From the NCBI GenBank assembly GCA_031401135.1, contig JANNRF010000345.1, forward strand, positions 729-64,728: DNA of 64,000 nucleotides. The letters are read 5' to 3'. This document shows, one piece after another, positions 27,422-36,654 of this stretch. The DNA is from Deltaproteobacteria bacterium (lineage in GTDB: Bacteria; Myxococcota_A; UBA9160; UBA6930). Made by a program: the position numbers and the translations under genes. Each line of letters starts with the position of its first letter. The first letter of the stretch is position 1. The notes beneath the pieces are model-generated. The model did no database searches. It saw only the letters and a program-made list of their open reading frames with translations, and was not told the DNA's origin.

Positions 27422-28383
27422 CGGCCAGCGGAGCGCGGTGCGCGCTGTCCCGCTCCTTCGCGGTGGCTTTCGCGCTGCTCTCGATGGCGAGCGCGAACGC
27501 GCAGGAATCCGCGCGCGCCTGTCTACCCGCGGACTTGGAGCTGCGCGTCGCGTTCGCGGAACCGAAGCAGCTCACCGAGACGCTGGGCGAACTCACTAAC
27601 ACGCACAGTCGCGCGGGCAAGCGCGCGGTGCTCAGGCAGCGCTTCGAAGAAGCCGGCTGCGCGACCATCGAAGAACAGGGCGGGCGCGGTTCCGCGGAGC
27701 CGAACTTGATCTGTCGGTTACCGGGGACTGGGGAGGAGACGATCGCGATCGCATCGAGCCCGGCGTTCGACGGCTGGACCGCCGCCGCTCTGCTCCCCGA
27801 AGTCGCACGCGCCCTCGCGGCCGCGCCGCGTGAGCACGGCTATGCGATCGCGGTGCTCTCGCGCTCCAATTCCGAGACGCCAAGCGGCGCGCGCGCGTTC
27901 GCCGAATCGTTCGGTCTTCACTCGCCGATCTTTTTCGTGCACTTGGGAATGCTCGGCTCGCGGCTACCCATGATCGGCCCCGGGGCGCGCGACGAGCGCG
28001 TATGCGAAGTCGAGGCGGTCGCGCGAGCGGTCAGTGGCGCTTCGCTCGGAACGATCGGGAGCTGGAGTGGAGAACAGTTCAGCAGGCCGTGCCCAGGAAG
28101 CCCATTGCTCGACACACGATCACCGCACAGAGCCTCGATTTGTCAGAGTTCCCCGTTCAATCACTTCCTCGATACGGATCCATTCGTCCGCCGCGGCGTC
28201 GCCGTAATAGGCGTGTACGACTTCCCGCGAGACGGCGAACCCTGGGAACTCGACCCCGCGGCGTACGTCGCGACGTATCGCATACTCGCCGCCTACGCCG
28301 TCGCGCTGGACACGCTGCTCGCGCTGCCGAAGGCGCCCGCAGCTCGAGCGACACACGAAGCGGGATTGCCGAGCGGCTCGTGA
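27418..28383 (+). CDS. Secreted degenerate M28-peptidase-like protein (paralog B of 23185..24150)
   Basis: Start overlaps the gpsA stop by 4 nt. Signal peptide AFALLSMASANA. QRFEEAGCATIEEQ...NLICRLPGTGEETIAIASS aligns with paralog A. Confidence 0.65.
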   Translation: MTASGARCALSRSFAVAFALLSMASANAQESARACLPADLELRVAFAEPKQLTETLGELTNTHSRAGKRAVLRQRFEEAGCATIEEQGGRGSAEPNLICRLPGTGEETIAIASSPAFDGWTAAALLPEVARALAAAPREHGYAIAVLSRSNSETPSGARAFAESFGLHSPIFFVHLGMLGSRLPMIGPGARDERVCEVEAVARAVSGASLGTIGSWSGEQFSRPCPGSPLLDTRSPHRASICQSSPFNHFLDTDPFVRRGVAVIGVYDFPRDGEPWELDPAAYVATYRILAAYAVALDTLLALPKAPAARATHEAGLPSGS

Positions 28384-28396
28384 GTCGATCGCTCGT

Positions 28397-29653
28397 TCAC
28401 GCGACCGCAGGCTTGATGCGATACCGAATCGGCAGGTGCTTGATGCCCGGCACGAGATTCGACGCCGTGCGCTCCGGCTTGCCAACGAGCTCGATCTGCT
28501 CGATGCGTGGCAGCAGCTCGCGGAAGATCGAACTCGTGGTCTTGCGCGCGAGGTGCGAGCCGATGCAGAAGTGCTCGCCGATGCCGAACGCCAGGTGCGG
28601 ATTCGGATCGCGATCGAGGCGCAGCTCGTCGGGCGCCTCGAAGACTTCCTCGTCGCGATTCGCAGAGGCGTAGAACAGCACGAGCCGGTCGCCTCGCTTG
28701 ATGCGCTGCCCACGCAGCACATAATCGCTGGCCGCGGTGCGCTGCATGTGGTTCACAGGCGTGACGTAGCGGAGCAGCTCGTCGATCGCGGTGTCCTCGA
28801 GCGCCGGGTTCGCGCGCCAGCGCGCGAGCTGATCGGGGTTCTCGAGCAGCGCGAGCATGCCGCCGCCGATGCCGCCGCGCGTGGTCTCGTGGCCGGCGGT
28901 GAAAACAATTAGGGAGTAACCCATCGTCTCCATCACGCCCATCGCTTTGCCGTCGACTTGCGCGTTCGCGATCACGCTGGCGAGATCGCTTCTGGGCTGC
29001 GCGCGCCGGCTCTCCACGATCTTGTTGAAGTAGTTGAAGAAATCGAGGCCGAGCGCGCGCATGTTGGCCGTGCGTTCCTCGAGCGTGCTCATGCCGCCGC
29101 GCTGGAACTCCGGGTCCTCCGCGCCGAACAGCTCGTTGGTGAGGCGCAGGATGAACGGCTCGTCCGCGGGCGGGACGCCGAGGATGTGCGCGAGCACCTT
29201 GAGTGGGTGAAGCGACGCGACGTCTGTAATGAAATCGCACTCGCCCTCGCGGCCGAGCGAGTCCACGAGCGCACGCGCAGAGACATCGACGATTTCGTCG
29301 AGCCGCTTCAGGCCGCGCGGCGTGAACCACGGGCTCGTGACCTTCCGATATTTGCGGTGATCCGGCTGGTCCATGTTGATGATCGTGCGCATCTGCATGA
29401 AGCCGCCCTCGCGCTGGCGGCGCGCCTGCTCCTCGCGAATCATCGTCATACCGGGCTCGTTCAGGAAGATCTCGGGCTGCTTCGAGATCTCGATGATGTC
29501 GGCGTGCTTCGTGATCGCCCAGAACGGCTCCCAACTCTCGACTTCGAAGAACGCGACGGGCGACTCCCGGCGCAGTCGCTTCCACTCTGCGTGCGGATAG
29601 CCGCGCTCCATGTAGCTGCGCGGTTCGACGAGATGCGCGGGAACGATCGACAT
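28397..29653 (-). CDS. Cytochrome P450
   Basis: 418 aa. AGHETT I-helix, ELLR, heme loop FGIGEHFCIGSHLAR. Confidence 0.93.
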   Translation of the reverse strand: MSIVPAHLVEPRSYMERGYPHAEWKRLRRESPVAFFEVESWEPFWAITKHADIIEISKQPEIFLNEPGMTMIREEQARRQREGGFMQMRTIINMDQPDHRKYRKVTSPWFTPRGLKRLDEIVDVSARALVDSLGREGECDFITDVASLHPLKVLAHILGVPPADEPFILRLTNELFGAEDPEFQRGGMSTLEERTANMRALGLDFFNYFNKIVESRRAQPRSDLASVIANAQVDGKAMGVMETMGYSLIVFTAGHETTRGGIGGGMLALLENPDQLARWRANPALEDTAIDELLRYVTPVNHMQRTAASDYVLRGQRIKRGDRLVLFYASANRDEEVFEAPDELRLDRDPNPHLAFGIGEHFCIGSHLARKTTSSIFRELLPRIEQIELVGKPERTASNLVPGIKHLPIRYRIKPAVA

Positions 29654-29767
29654 CGGGATTCACCTCTTGGGCCGCCCAGGATGCCCGCAATCGCCGCGCG
29701 TGGCCACGCTGTGCGATCGCGTTTTCGCTCGAAGAGCGAGGCGCACATTTCGGTGGAGCTGGCAGAC

Positions 29768-31012
29768 CTAAGCGCTCGCGTTCGCCTCGACCACGAGCGG
29801 GAGCCGCGCGAGCCGGCGCACGAAGATGCTGGGCACGTGGCGCTCGGGCGCGGCGGGATCGAGCGCGAAGCTACGCGTCGCGGCGAGCAATTCCTCGAGC
29901 GCGATGCACGCTTCGAGGCGCGCGAGCGCGGCGCCCACGCAGAAATGCACGCCGCGCCCGAACGCGAGGTGAGCGCGCGGGTGCGGGCGCGCGAGATCGA
30001 GTTCGTCGGGGCGCGGGACGGCGGCCTCGTCGCGATTCGCCGAAGCCCAGAGCAGAGCAGCGCGCGAGCCTGCCGGCAGCGTGACGCCGCCGAGCACCGC
30101 GCTCCTCGTGACCGCGCGGTAATGAAACCGAAACGGCGGCTCGAGCCGTAACACTTCCTCCACGAAAGCCAGGATCGCATCCGGCCGCGCGCGCAGCTCG
30201 GCCTGGAGCGCGGGCCGCTGCGCGAGCAAGCGCGCCGCGCTGCCGATCAAGCTCGCCGTCGATTCGCCGCCCGCGCCCACCAGAATCACCGCGATGCCGA
30301 GCGCGCGGCGCTCCGCGAGTTCGCCGCGCTCCACCGCGCACAGCAGCGCATCGAGCAGCGGTGCGCTCGCGCGCAGCGCGCTGTCGCCTCGCGCAGCGGA
30401 GAAGTGGTGCGCGAGATATGCCGCGTGTTCGCCCGCGATCGCCGCGAGCGCGCCGAGTTCCGCGCGCGTCACCGTGCCCGCGAGCATCGCGCCGCCTTGC
30501 ATCGCCCAGAGCTGAATGCGCGCAAGGTCGGTAGCGGGGATCCCTAACAATCGAGAGATCACCTCGCTCGGCAGCGGATCGCTCACCGCGGCGACGTAAT
30601 CGTCGCCGCGCTGCGCCCACGCGCGCGTCCGCACGCGCGCGCGCTCGCGGATCCACGGCGCCTGCGCCGCGACGCGCACGGCAGCGAGCGCGGGCTGCAC
30701 CACGCGCCGATGCGCGGCGTGCGCCGGATCGTCCGCGGTCGCGAGCACGTCGGTCGAATCGCCGACCCCGCTCATGTCGAAAACAGCCGGCGCTCCGTCC
30801 GGCCCAGTCATGAGCAACCCCGTCAGCCGGCTCGAGAACTCCTCGCTTCGCTCCAGCGCTTCCTCGACCAGCGCGGCAGTCGCAACCAAAAACACGCCGC
30901 TCGATCCCACTTCTAGGACGGGGGCTTCGCGGCGCAGTTGCGCGAAGAACGCGTACGGCTGTTCGAGCACGGCGGGGTCGAACAGGGCGCGCGCGGCCTC
31001 GGCAGGGGTCAT
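29768..31012 (-). CDS. Cytochrome P450
   Basis: 414 aa. Heme loop FGRGVHFCVGAALAR, EEVLRLEPP. Confidence 0.92.
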   Translation of the reverse strand: MTPAEAARALFDPAVLEQPYAFFAQLRREAPVLEVGSSGVFLVATAALVEEALERSEEFSSRLTGLLMTGPDGAPAVFDMSGVGDSTDVLATADDPAHAAHRRVVQPALAAVRVAAQAPWIRERARVRTRAWAQRGDDYVAAVSDPLPSEVISRLLGIPATDLARIQLWAMQGGAMLAGTVTRAELGALAAIAGEHAAYLAHHFSAARGDSALRASAPLLDALLCAVERGELAERRALGIAVILVGAGGESTASLIGSAARLLAQRPALQAELRARPDAILAFVEEVLRLEPPFRFHYRAVTRSAVLGGVTLPAGSRAALLWASANRDEAAVPRPDELDLARPHPRAHLAFGRGVHFCVGAALARLEACIALEELLAATRSFALDPAAPERHVPSIFVRRLARLPLVVEANASA

Positions 31013-31052
31013 CGCGCGAGCGTGCCGGCGCGAGCTGACGCGCGCATCCCCC

Positions 31053-31088
31053 TTGACTTCAGCCAGATTTGGGAATAATTTCCCAAAT
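31053..31088 (+). promoter_or_regulatory. Sigma70-like promoter overlapped by an AT-rich 9-bp inverted repeat (candidate operator)
   Basis: TTGACT (31053-31058), 15-17 nt spacer, AATAAT/TAATTT. Palindrome ATTTGGGAA-TAAT-TTCCCAAAT (31067-31088). Located 50 nt upstream of the ATG at 31139, in a divergent intergenic region. Confidence 0.5.
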
Positions 31089-31138
31089 ACACCAAGAGAG
31101 CCCGGCCCCGGCGGATTCTCGAAATCGAGGGGTTCCGC

Positions 31139-32617
31139 ATGAAACCGTCCGCCGTCGCCTTCCTTCGCTGCCTCACTTCACTCGCAAACAAAACACGAGT
31201 CGACCGCCTGCTTCGCCTCAGGTTCACCGCGGTGGCTCTCGTGGTCGGGCTCGCCAGCTTGGCCGAAGCCCAAACTACAAATTACGTGGACGCCAACGGT
31301 CGGGAGTGGCTGCGGCTCGACGAGACCTTCTCGTTCGCCGGCTCCGTGCCGTCCCTCTGCGATCCCTTGTGTTCCGGGGTCGTGACCAAATCCAAGTACA
31401 CGGTCCAATACAACTCGTACACGAATCCGCAGCAGTTCTCGCTCGACGGATGGGCCTGGGCCAACAACGCCGAGGTCCAGGAGCTCATGGACACGACCGA
31501 CATCCTGTCGCTCGGCCTCTCCTACATGTTCGTGACCACCTACTCCTACTCGGAGGGCGTGCACGCGCTCACGTCGACGCTCGATCCGGCGTCCGGTCAG
31601 TACCACGTCGGCTACGCCTACTTCGCCCACAACATGGTGTCCATCAGCTACGGCCAAGCCATCGCGCCGCCAGGAACGCCGATCGGCTCCGGTCCGCGAG
31701 GTGCGTTCCTCTATCGCTTGACTGGCGTCGGTGGAATCCTCGCGAACGACGACTATGGCCAAGTGGCTTCGCCCGCAGGTGGAGTCGCGGTCGCGAACGT
31801 GCTCGCGAACGACTTCGTGGATGGCGCGCCCGCGACGCTGGCTACTGCGACGCTCTCGGCTGCTCCCGCGGGCCCCGTCTCGCTGGACGCAGCGACCGGG
31901 CAGGTCGTGGTCGCCGCCGGCGCCGCGTCCGGCGTGCACACGCTGACTTATCAGGCCTGCGCAGTCGCGGACCCCGCGGCCTGCGACACGGCGGTCGTGA
32001 CTGTCACGGTCCCGGCCTACGTGATCGACGCCAGGGACGACGCCGGCACGGTCTCACCACTCTCGGGCGGCGTCGCGGTGGCGAACGTTCTCAACAACGA
32101 CGTGCTCGGCCCCGCGCGCGCCACGCTCGCGAACGTCGCGCTCGCGCTCGTGGCGACGGATCACCCCGGCATCACGCTCGACGCGAGCGACGGCTCGGTC
32201 GACGTGGCCGCCGGCACTCCGGTCGGTCCGTACATGCTCATCTACAGCATCTGCGAGCTCGCCAACCCAACGAACTGCGACACCGCATTGGTCGCGGTCA
32301 CGGTGGCACGCAAGGCGATCTACGCCGGCGACGACGCGGCGCGCGCGTCTTCGAAGGTTGCGAACACCGCGATCGCGAGTGTGTTCGCGAACGACACGCT
32401 CAGTGGCGTGCGCGCGAGCGCTTCGATCGTGCGGCTCTCGCTCGTGACGGCGCCTCCCAAGTACGTCGTGCTCAACACGACGACCGGCGCGGTGCGCGTC
32501 ACGCGCAAGACCGAGAGCGGTACTTACCGCTTCACCTACCGCATCTGCGAGCTCGCGGACGCGACCAACTGCGACGACGCAGTCGTCACGCTCGATCTGA
32601 CCGGCAGCGGAAGCTGA
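31139..32617 (+). CDS. Secreted tandem-95-repeat (cadherin-like) protein
   Basis: 492 aa. Hydrophobic signal-like N-terminus (VALVVGLASLAEA|Q), then three units of about 97 aa, each with V..VLANDxx...Y.ICE...P.NCD.A.V.V. Confidence 0.8.
   Translation: MKPSAVAFLRCLTSLANKTRVDRLLRLRFTAVALVVGLASLAEAQTTNYVDANGREWLRLDETFSFAGSVPSLCDPLCSGVVTKSKYTVQYNSYTNPQQFSLDGWAWANNAEVQELMDTTDILSLGLSYMFVTTYSYSEGVHALTSTLDPASGQYHVGYAYFAHNMVSISYGQAIAPPGTPIGSGPRGAFLYRLTGVGGILANDDYGQVASPAGGVAVANVLANDFVDGAPATLATATLSAAPAGPVSLDAATGQVVVAAGAASGVHTLTYQACAVADPAACDTAVVTVTVPAYVIDARDDAGTVSPLSGGVAVANVLNNDVLGPARATLANVALALVATDHPGITLDASDGSVDVAAGTPVGPYMLIYSICELANPTNCDTALVAVTVARKAIYAGDDAARASSKVANTAIASVFANDTLSGVRASASIVRLSLVTAPPKYVVLNTTTGAVRVTRKTESGTYRFTYRICELADATNCDDAVVTLDLTGSGS
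31730..32614 (+). repeat. Three tandem in-frame coding repeats of about 290 nt
   Basis: Unit signatures: VANVLANDFVDGAPATL...YQACAVADPAACDTAVVTVTV; VANVLNNDVLGPARATL...YSICELANPTNCDTALVAVTV; IASVFANDTLSGVRASA...YRICELADATNCDDAVVTLDL. Confidence 0.8.
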
Positions 32618-32703
32618 CCATGCGCGACCGAACCCTCGCGGGCACGAGCTCGGTCCGCATTGACAAGGCTCTTGACCCCAACAACCAAAGAATGGAGATC
32701 GCG

Positions 32704-33126
32704 ATGAAGAACGTTCGAAGCACTCTCACTCTCACTCTTGCGCTGGCGATGCTCTTCGCCTTCGCGTTCCCCACGGCGTCGTTCGCCAAGGACAAACTCC
32801 GGATTCGCATCGACCTGGTGAACACGGGAGTCGAGTCGGACGCGGACGGCAAAGCCGAGTTCCGCATCAAGAAGAAGAACCGCATGCGCTTCAACGTCGA
32901 GGCCGAAGACCTGACGCCCGCGAACTACGACGTGGTCGTGGATGGTGTCGTGCGCGGTGTGCTCGATGTGCGCATGCAGCCGGACGGCGATGTCGAAGGC
33001 GAGATCGAGTTCGACTCGAAGCGCGAGCGCGGGCACGTGCTGCTCACGTTCGACCCGCGCGGCAAGCTCGTGACCGTGGAGCGCGCCGGAACGGTGTATC
33101 TCCAGGTCGTGTTCCCGGCCCAGTAG
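32704..33126 (+). CDS. Small secreted protein of unknown function
   Basis: ATG 32704, 7 nt after GGAG. Signal peptide LTLALAMLFAFAFPTASFA|K. 140 aa. Confidence 0.65.
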   Translation: MKNVRSTLTLTLALAMLFAFAFPTASFAKDKLRIRIDLVNTGVESDADGKAEFRIKKKNRMRFNVEAEDLTPANYDVVVDGVVRGVLDVRMQPDGDVEGEIEFDSKRERGHVLLTFDPRGKLVTVERAGTVYLQVVFPAQ

Positions 33127-33131
33127 CCCAC

Positions 33132-33188
33132 GTGACGCCGCTTCGGGGCTGTCCGCGCGAGCGGGCGGCCCCGAACACGGGGCGTCAC
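33132..33188 (+). terminator. Long imperfect hairpin between the small secreted gene and the DUF6502-like gene
   Basis: GTGACGCC..TTCGGGGC (33132-33149) pairs with GCCCCGAA..GGCGTCAC (33168-33188) as two perfect 8-bp segments. Confidence 0.4.
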
Positions 33189-33206
33189 AGCGAGGCAACC
33201 AGTCCC

Positions 33207-34043
33207 ATGCAAGACCGCCCCGCACTCGCAGCCGCCGTTCGCAGCGTGTTGCGGCCGCTCGTGCGGATTTTGCTGCGTAACAAGGTCGACCTGTGGACGC
33301 TGGTCGAGTACGCGAAGCAGATCTACGTGGATGTCGCCTCCAAAGAGTTCGGTGTGCCGGGCCGCCAGCCCACCGTCTCGCGCGTGTCGCTGCTCACAGG
33401 CCTAACGCGCAAGGAAGTGAGCCGGCTCTGGGAGGGCGGCGACGCCGCGGGCGTAGATTCCGCGCGCTACAGCCGAGCGGCGAACGTGGTGACGGGCTGG
33501 ATTCGCGCGCCGGGTTTTCAGAACTCGGCGGGCGCACCGCTCGAGTTGCCCTTCGACGGCGCGCGGCGCTCCTTCAGCGAACTCGTGCGGCGCTTCGGCG
33601 CAGATATTACGCCGCGCGCACTGCTCGATGAGCTGACGCAATCCGGCGCGGTCGATCGCACTGCGTCGAATCGCGTCAAGCTCGTGGCGCGTGGCTACGT
33701 CCCGCGCACCGACGACGCCGCGAAGCTCGGGATTCTCGGCTCGGATGTTGCTGATCTGATCTCGACCGTGGACCACAACATCGTGAATCCGCCGGAGCGG
33801 GCTTTTTTCCAGCGCAAAGTCGCCTACGACAATCTGGTCGCTGCCTGCCTGCCGGAGTTGCGAGATCGCGCCGCGCGCCGCGGGCAGACGCTGCTCGAAG
33901 CGCTCGACGAGTTCATGGCCGCGAACGACCGGGACGCGAATCCGAGCGTGGAAGGTGAAGGCCGTCACCGCGCTGTGATCGGAATCTATTACTACGAGGA
34001 ACCCGCGCAGCCCGCGGACTCCGAGGAGAACGAAGATGCGTAA
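33207..34043 (+). CDS. DUF6502-like protein (possible HTH regulator)
   Basis: ATG 33207. MQDRPALAAAVRSVLRPLVRILLRNKVDLWTLVEYAKQIYVDVA. 278 aa. Its end overlaps the next gene by 8 nt. Confidence 0.65.
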   Translation: MQDRPALAAAVRSVLRPLVRILLRNKVDLWTLVEYAKQIYVDVASKEFGVPGRQPTVSRVSLLTGLTRKEVSRLWEGGDAAGVDSARYSRAANVVTGWIRAPGFQNSAGAPLELPFDGARRSFSELVRRFGADITPRALLDELTQSGAVDRTASNRVKLVARGYVPRTDDAAKLGILGSDVADLISTVDHNIVNPPERAFFQRKVAYDNLVAACLPELRDRAARRGQTLLEALDEFMAANDRDANPSVEGEGRHRAVIGIYYYEEPAQPADSEENEDA

Positions 34044-35481
34044 GTTCATCGCGCTCGCGCTGACCGTGGCGATTTCGCTCGGTTGTGGCGCCGGCACCTT
34101 GGCCGGCGGTGGTATCGGCGGCAGCGGGCTCTCCTCGGGCTCGATCAGCGGCTTCGGCAGCATCTTCGTGACCGGCACCGAGTACGACACCAACACCGCG
34201 GGCGTCACGCTCGAGCGCGTCGCGAGCCCGGCCTCAGCGCTCCGCATCGGCATGGTGGTCGTGGTCGAAGGCGAGCGCGCGGCGAGCGGCACGACCGGCA
34301 CCGCGCAGACCGTGACCTACGACGACGAGATCGAGGGCCCGATCAGCGCGATCACGAGCGTGAGCGCCGACGAGAAGCAGCTCGCGATTCTCGGCCAGAC
34401 CGTAACAATCGAGCGCAACCTCACGCGCTTCGACGCCAGCAGCGGCGTGACTGTGCCCACGTTCGACACGATCGCGGTGAACGATCTCGTCGAAGTGAGC
34501 GGCTTCCGGCGCGCGACCGACATCCAGGCCACTTATCTCGAGAAGAAGGGCGTTGCGGGCGCGACGCCGGCCGTCGAGCTGAAGGGCACTGTGAGCGGCA
34601 TCTCGGGCCAGAGCTTCATGCTCGGCACGATCCTCGTGAACTGGACCAACGCCACGACGCTCTCGAATCTGCCGAGCGGCGGCCCCACCAACGGCGACTT
34701 CGTCGAAGTGGAGGGCACGCTCACGAACGCGACGACCGTGGAGGCCGCGCGCATCGAACGCGAGAGCGCGTTCAGCGGCAACATCGACGACTTCGAGATC
34801 GAAGGCGTCGTCTCGCAGTTCACTTCGCTCGCGAGCTTCCGCGTCGATGGCCAGCTCGTGAACGCGGCCGGCGCGGGCGTCCGCTTCGAGCCCGCGAACT
34901 CTGCCTTCGTGCGCGACGGCGCACGCGTCGAGGTCGATGGCGAGCTGGTGAACGGCACGCTGATCGCGGAAGAAGTGAAGCAACGCGACGGCGAGGCGCG
35001 CGTGTACGCCGAGATCGCGAACGCCGCGGACATCAACGTCGCGAACGGCACCGTGCGCTTGTTGGGGATCCTGATCCGCACGGACGCCTCGACCCAGTTC
35101 GAGGACGACTTGTTGGGGAACCCGAACTTCGATCTCGCCGACCTGGTGGCCGGTGATTTCCTCGAAGTGCGGGGGATCGAGGACGCCGCGGGCGGCATGC
35201 TCGCGACCGAACTTTCCAGAGACTCGGCCGACGACATCCGCTTGCGCGGTGGCGTCACCGCGATCGATTCCGTGCTGCCGGGCCGCTCCGTCACGATCCT
35301 CGGCGTCGTGGTGCCGACCGACGCGAACACATCGTTCAACGGCTTCCCCGGAACCGTGAACGACGAGGACGACTTCTACGCCGCGGTGCAAGTGGGTGAC
35401 TTGCTCAGCGTGACGGACGACCAGGACGGCGACGAGACTCTGATCGACGTCGCAGATGAGATCGAGTTCGAGACGCCCTAA
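34036..35481 (+). CDS. Lipoprotein with repeated DUF5666-like beta domains
   Basis: Lipobox AISLG|C. At least five repeats of the pattern LG..V....T.F......L..GD.VEV.G (VEVSG, VEVEG, VEVDG, LEVRG). Confidence 0.75.
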   Translation: MRKFIALALTVAISLGCGAGTLAGGGIGGSGLSSGSISGFGSIFVTGTEYDTNTAGVTLERVASPASALRIGMVVVVEGERAASGTTGTAQTVTYDDEIEGPISAITSVSADEKQLAILGQTVTIERNLTRFDASSGVTVPTFDTIAVNDLVEVSGFRRATDIQATYLEKKGVAGATPAVELKGTVSGISGQSFMLGTILVNWTNATTLSNLPSGGPTNGDFVEVEGTLTNATTVEAARIERESAFSGNIDDFEIEGVVSQFTSLASFRVDGQLVNAAGAGVRFEPANSAFVRDGARVEVDGELVNGTLIAEEVKQRDGEARVYAEIANAADINVANGTVRLLGILIRTDASTQFEDDLLGNPNFDLADLVAGDFLEVRGIEDAAGGMLATELSRDSADDIRLRGGVTAIDSVLPGRSVTILGVVVPTDANTSFNGFPGTVNDEDDFYAAVQVGDLLSVTDDQDGDETLIDVADEIEFETP

Positions 35482-35523
35482 GGGCTTCTCCCGACCCCGA
35501 AAACGCAACGGAGCGGCCACGTT

Positions 35524-36654
35524 TTGTCGAAGAGAAACAGACTCATGACCACCTCCTCCCCGAAACCCTTCCAGGCATGGGCGCCGCGCGCGCTCGAGAG
35601 TTCGCTCGATGCGCGCGACACACTGCGCATCGCGGCCGCCCCGCGCGCCTACTCGACGCGACGCGCGCAGCCGGAACTGCTGCGCGCACTGCGCACGGAT
35701 CTCGCGCCGAGGAGCGGCGATCTCGTGCTCGCGCGCGTCGCGAAGATCGGCCAGCACTTCCGGCTTCACCTCCCGAGCGGGCGCAGCCGCCAGCTTTGGG
35801 TCGACGACGAAATCGTCGTCGCTTACGCCGATCGTTATGCCCCGAGCCAGTACGAGGCGCACGTCCCCCGCGACCTCGGGCCGTGTCACCTGGCCGCGAG
35901 CGGTGGCATCGCGGCGCGTGTCGTCGTCAGCAACGCGAAGCTCGCCAAGCGTCCCACGGAGATCGAGCCGATCGGCCTGGTCTGCGCGGACCCAGAGGCG
36001 GCAGCGCTGAACCTCGCGGACTTTGCGTTGAGAGAGCTTCCGGGCGCGACGCGCCTAATGACCACGCTCGCGGTGGTGGGCTCGGCGATGGACTCCGGCA
36101 AGACGAGCGCGCTCGCGCACCTCGCCAAGGGCATCTCGCGGCTTGGCCTGCGCGTGGGCTACGCGAAGCTCACGGGAACTGCAGCGGGCGGCGACCCCTG
36201 GCTGCTCGTCGATGCGGGCGCGGATCCCGTGCTCGATTTCACGGATCTCGGCCTCGCATCGACCTATCGCATCGCGCTGCCCGAACTCGAGAGCGTCTGT
36301 GAGCAGCTCGTGCTGCAGTTGCAGCACGCCGGCGCGGAAGTCGCGCTGCTCGAGATCGCGGACGGGCTGTTCCAACCCGAAACCGCCGCGCTGCTCGCGA
36401 GCGCGCGCCTGCGCCCGCTCGTCGACGGCATGCTCTACGCCGCAGTCGACGCCCTCGGCGCGAGCCACGGCGCCGAGCTGATCCACGCGCAGCGCCATCG
36501 CCTGCTCGGCCTGACAGGCATGCTCGCAGCCGCGCCGCTGCTGACGCGCGAGGCGCAGTGCGCGACGGAGCTGCCCGTGTACGACCGCAGCGAACTCGCG
36601 GATGCCTCGGTGGCCGCGAAGCTGCTCGCCGCAGCGCGCGAGAAGCTGTCGTGA
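35524..36654 (+). CDS. P-loop NTPase of unknown function (SIMIBI/DUF1611-like)
   Basis: TTG 35524 (alternative ATG 35545). Walker A VVGSAMDSGKTSA in the middle of the protein. 376 aa. Confidence 0.65.
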   Translation: MSKRNRLMTTSSPKPFQAWAPRALESSLDARDTLRIAAAPRAYSTRRAQPELLRALRTDLAPRSGDLVLARVAKIGQHFRLHLPSGRSRQLWVDDEIVVAYADRYAPSQYEAHVPRDLGPCHLAASGGIAARVVVSNAKLAKRPTEIEPIGLVCADPEAAALNLADFALRELPGATRLMTTLAVVGSAMDSGKTSALAHLAKGISRLGLRVGYAKLTGTAAGGDPWLLVDAGADPVLDFTDLGLASTYRIALPELESVCEQLVLQLQHAGAEVALLEIADGLFQPETAALLASARLRPLVDGMLYAAVDALGASHGAELIHAQRHRLLGLTGMLAAAPLLTREAQCATELPVYDRSELADASVAAKLLAAAREKLS

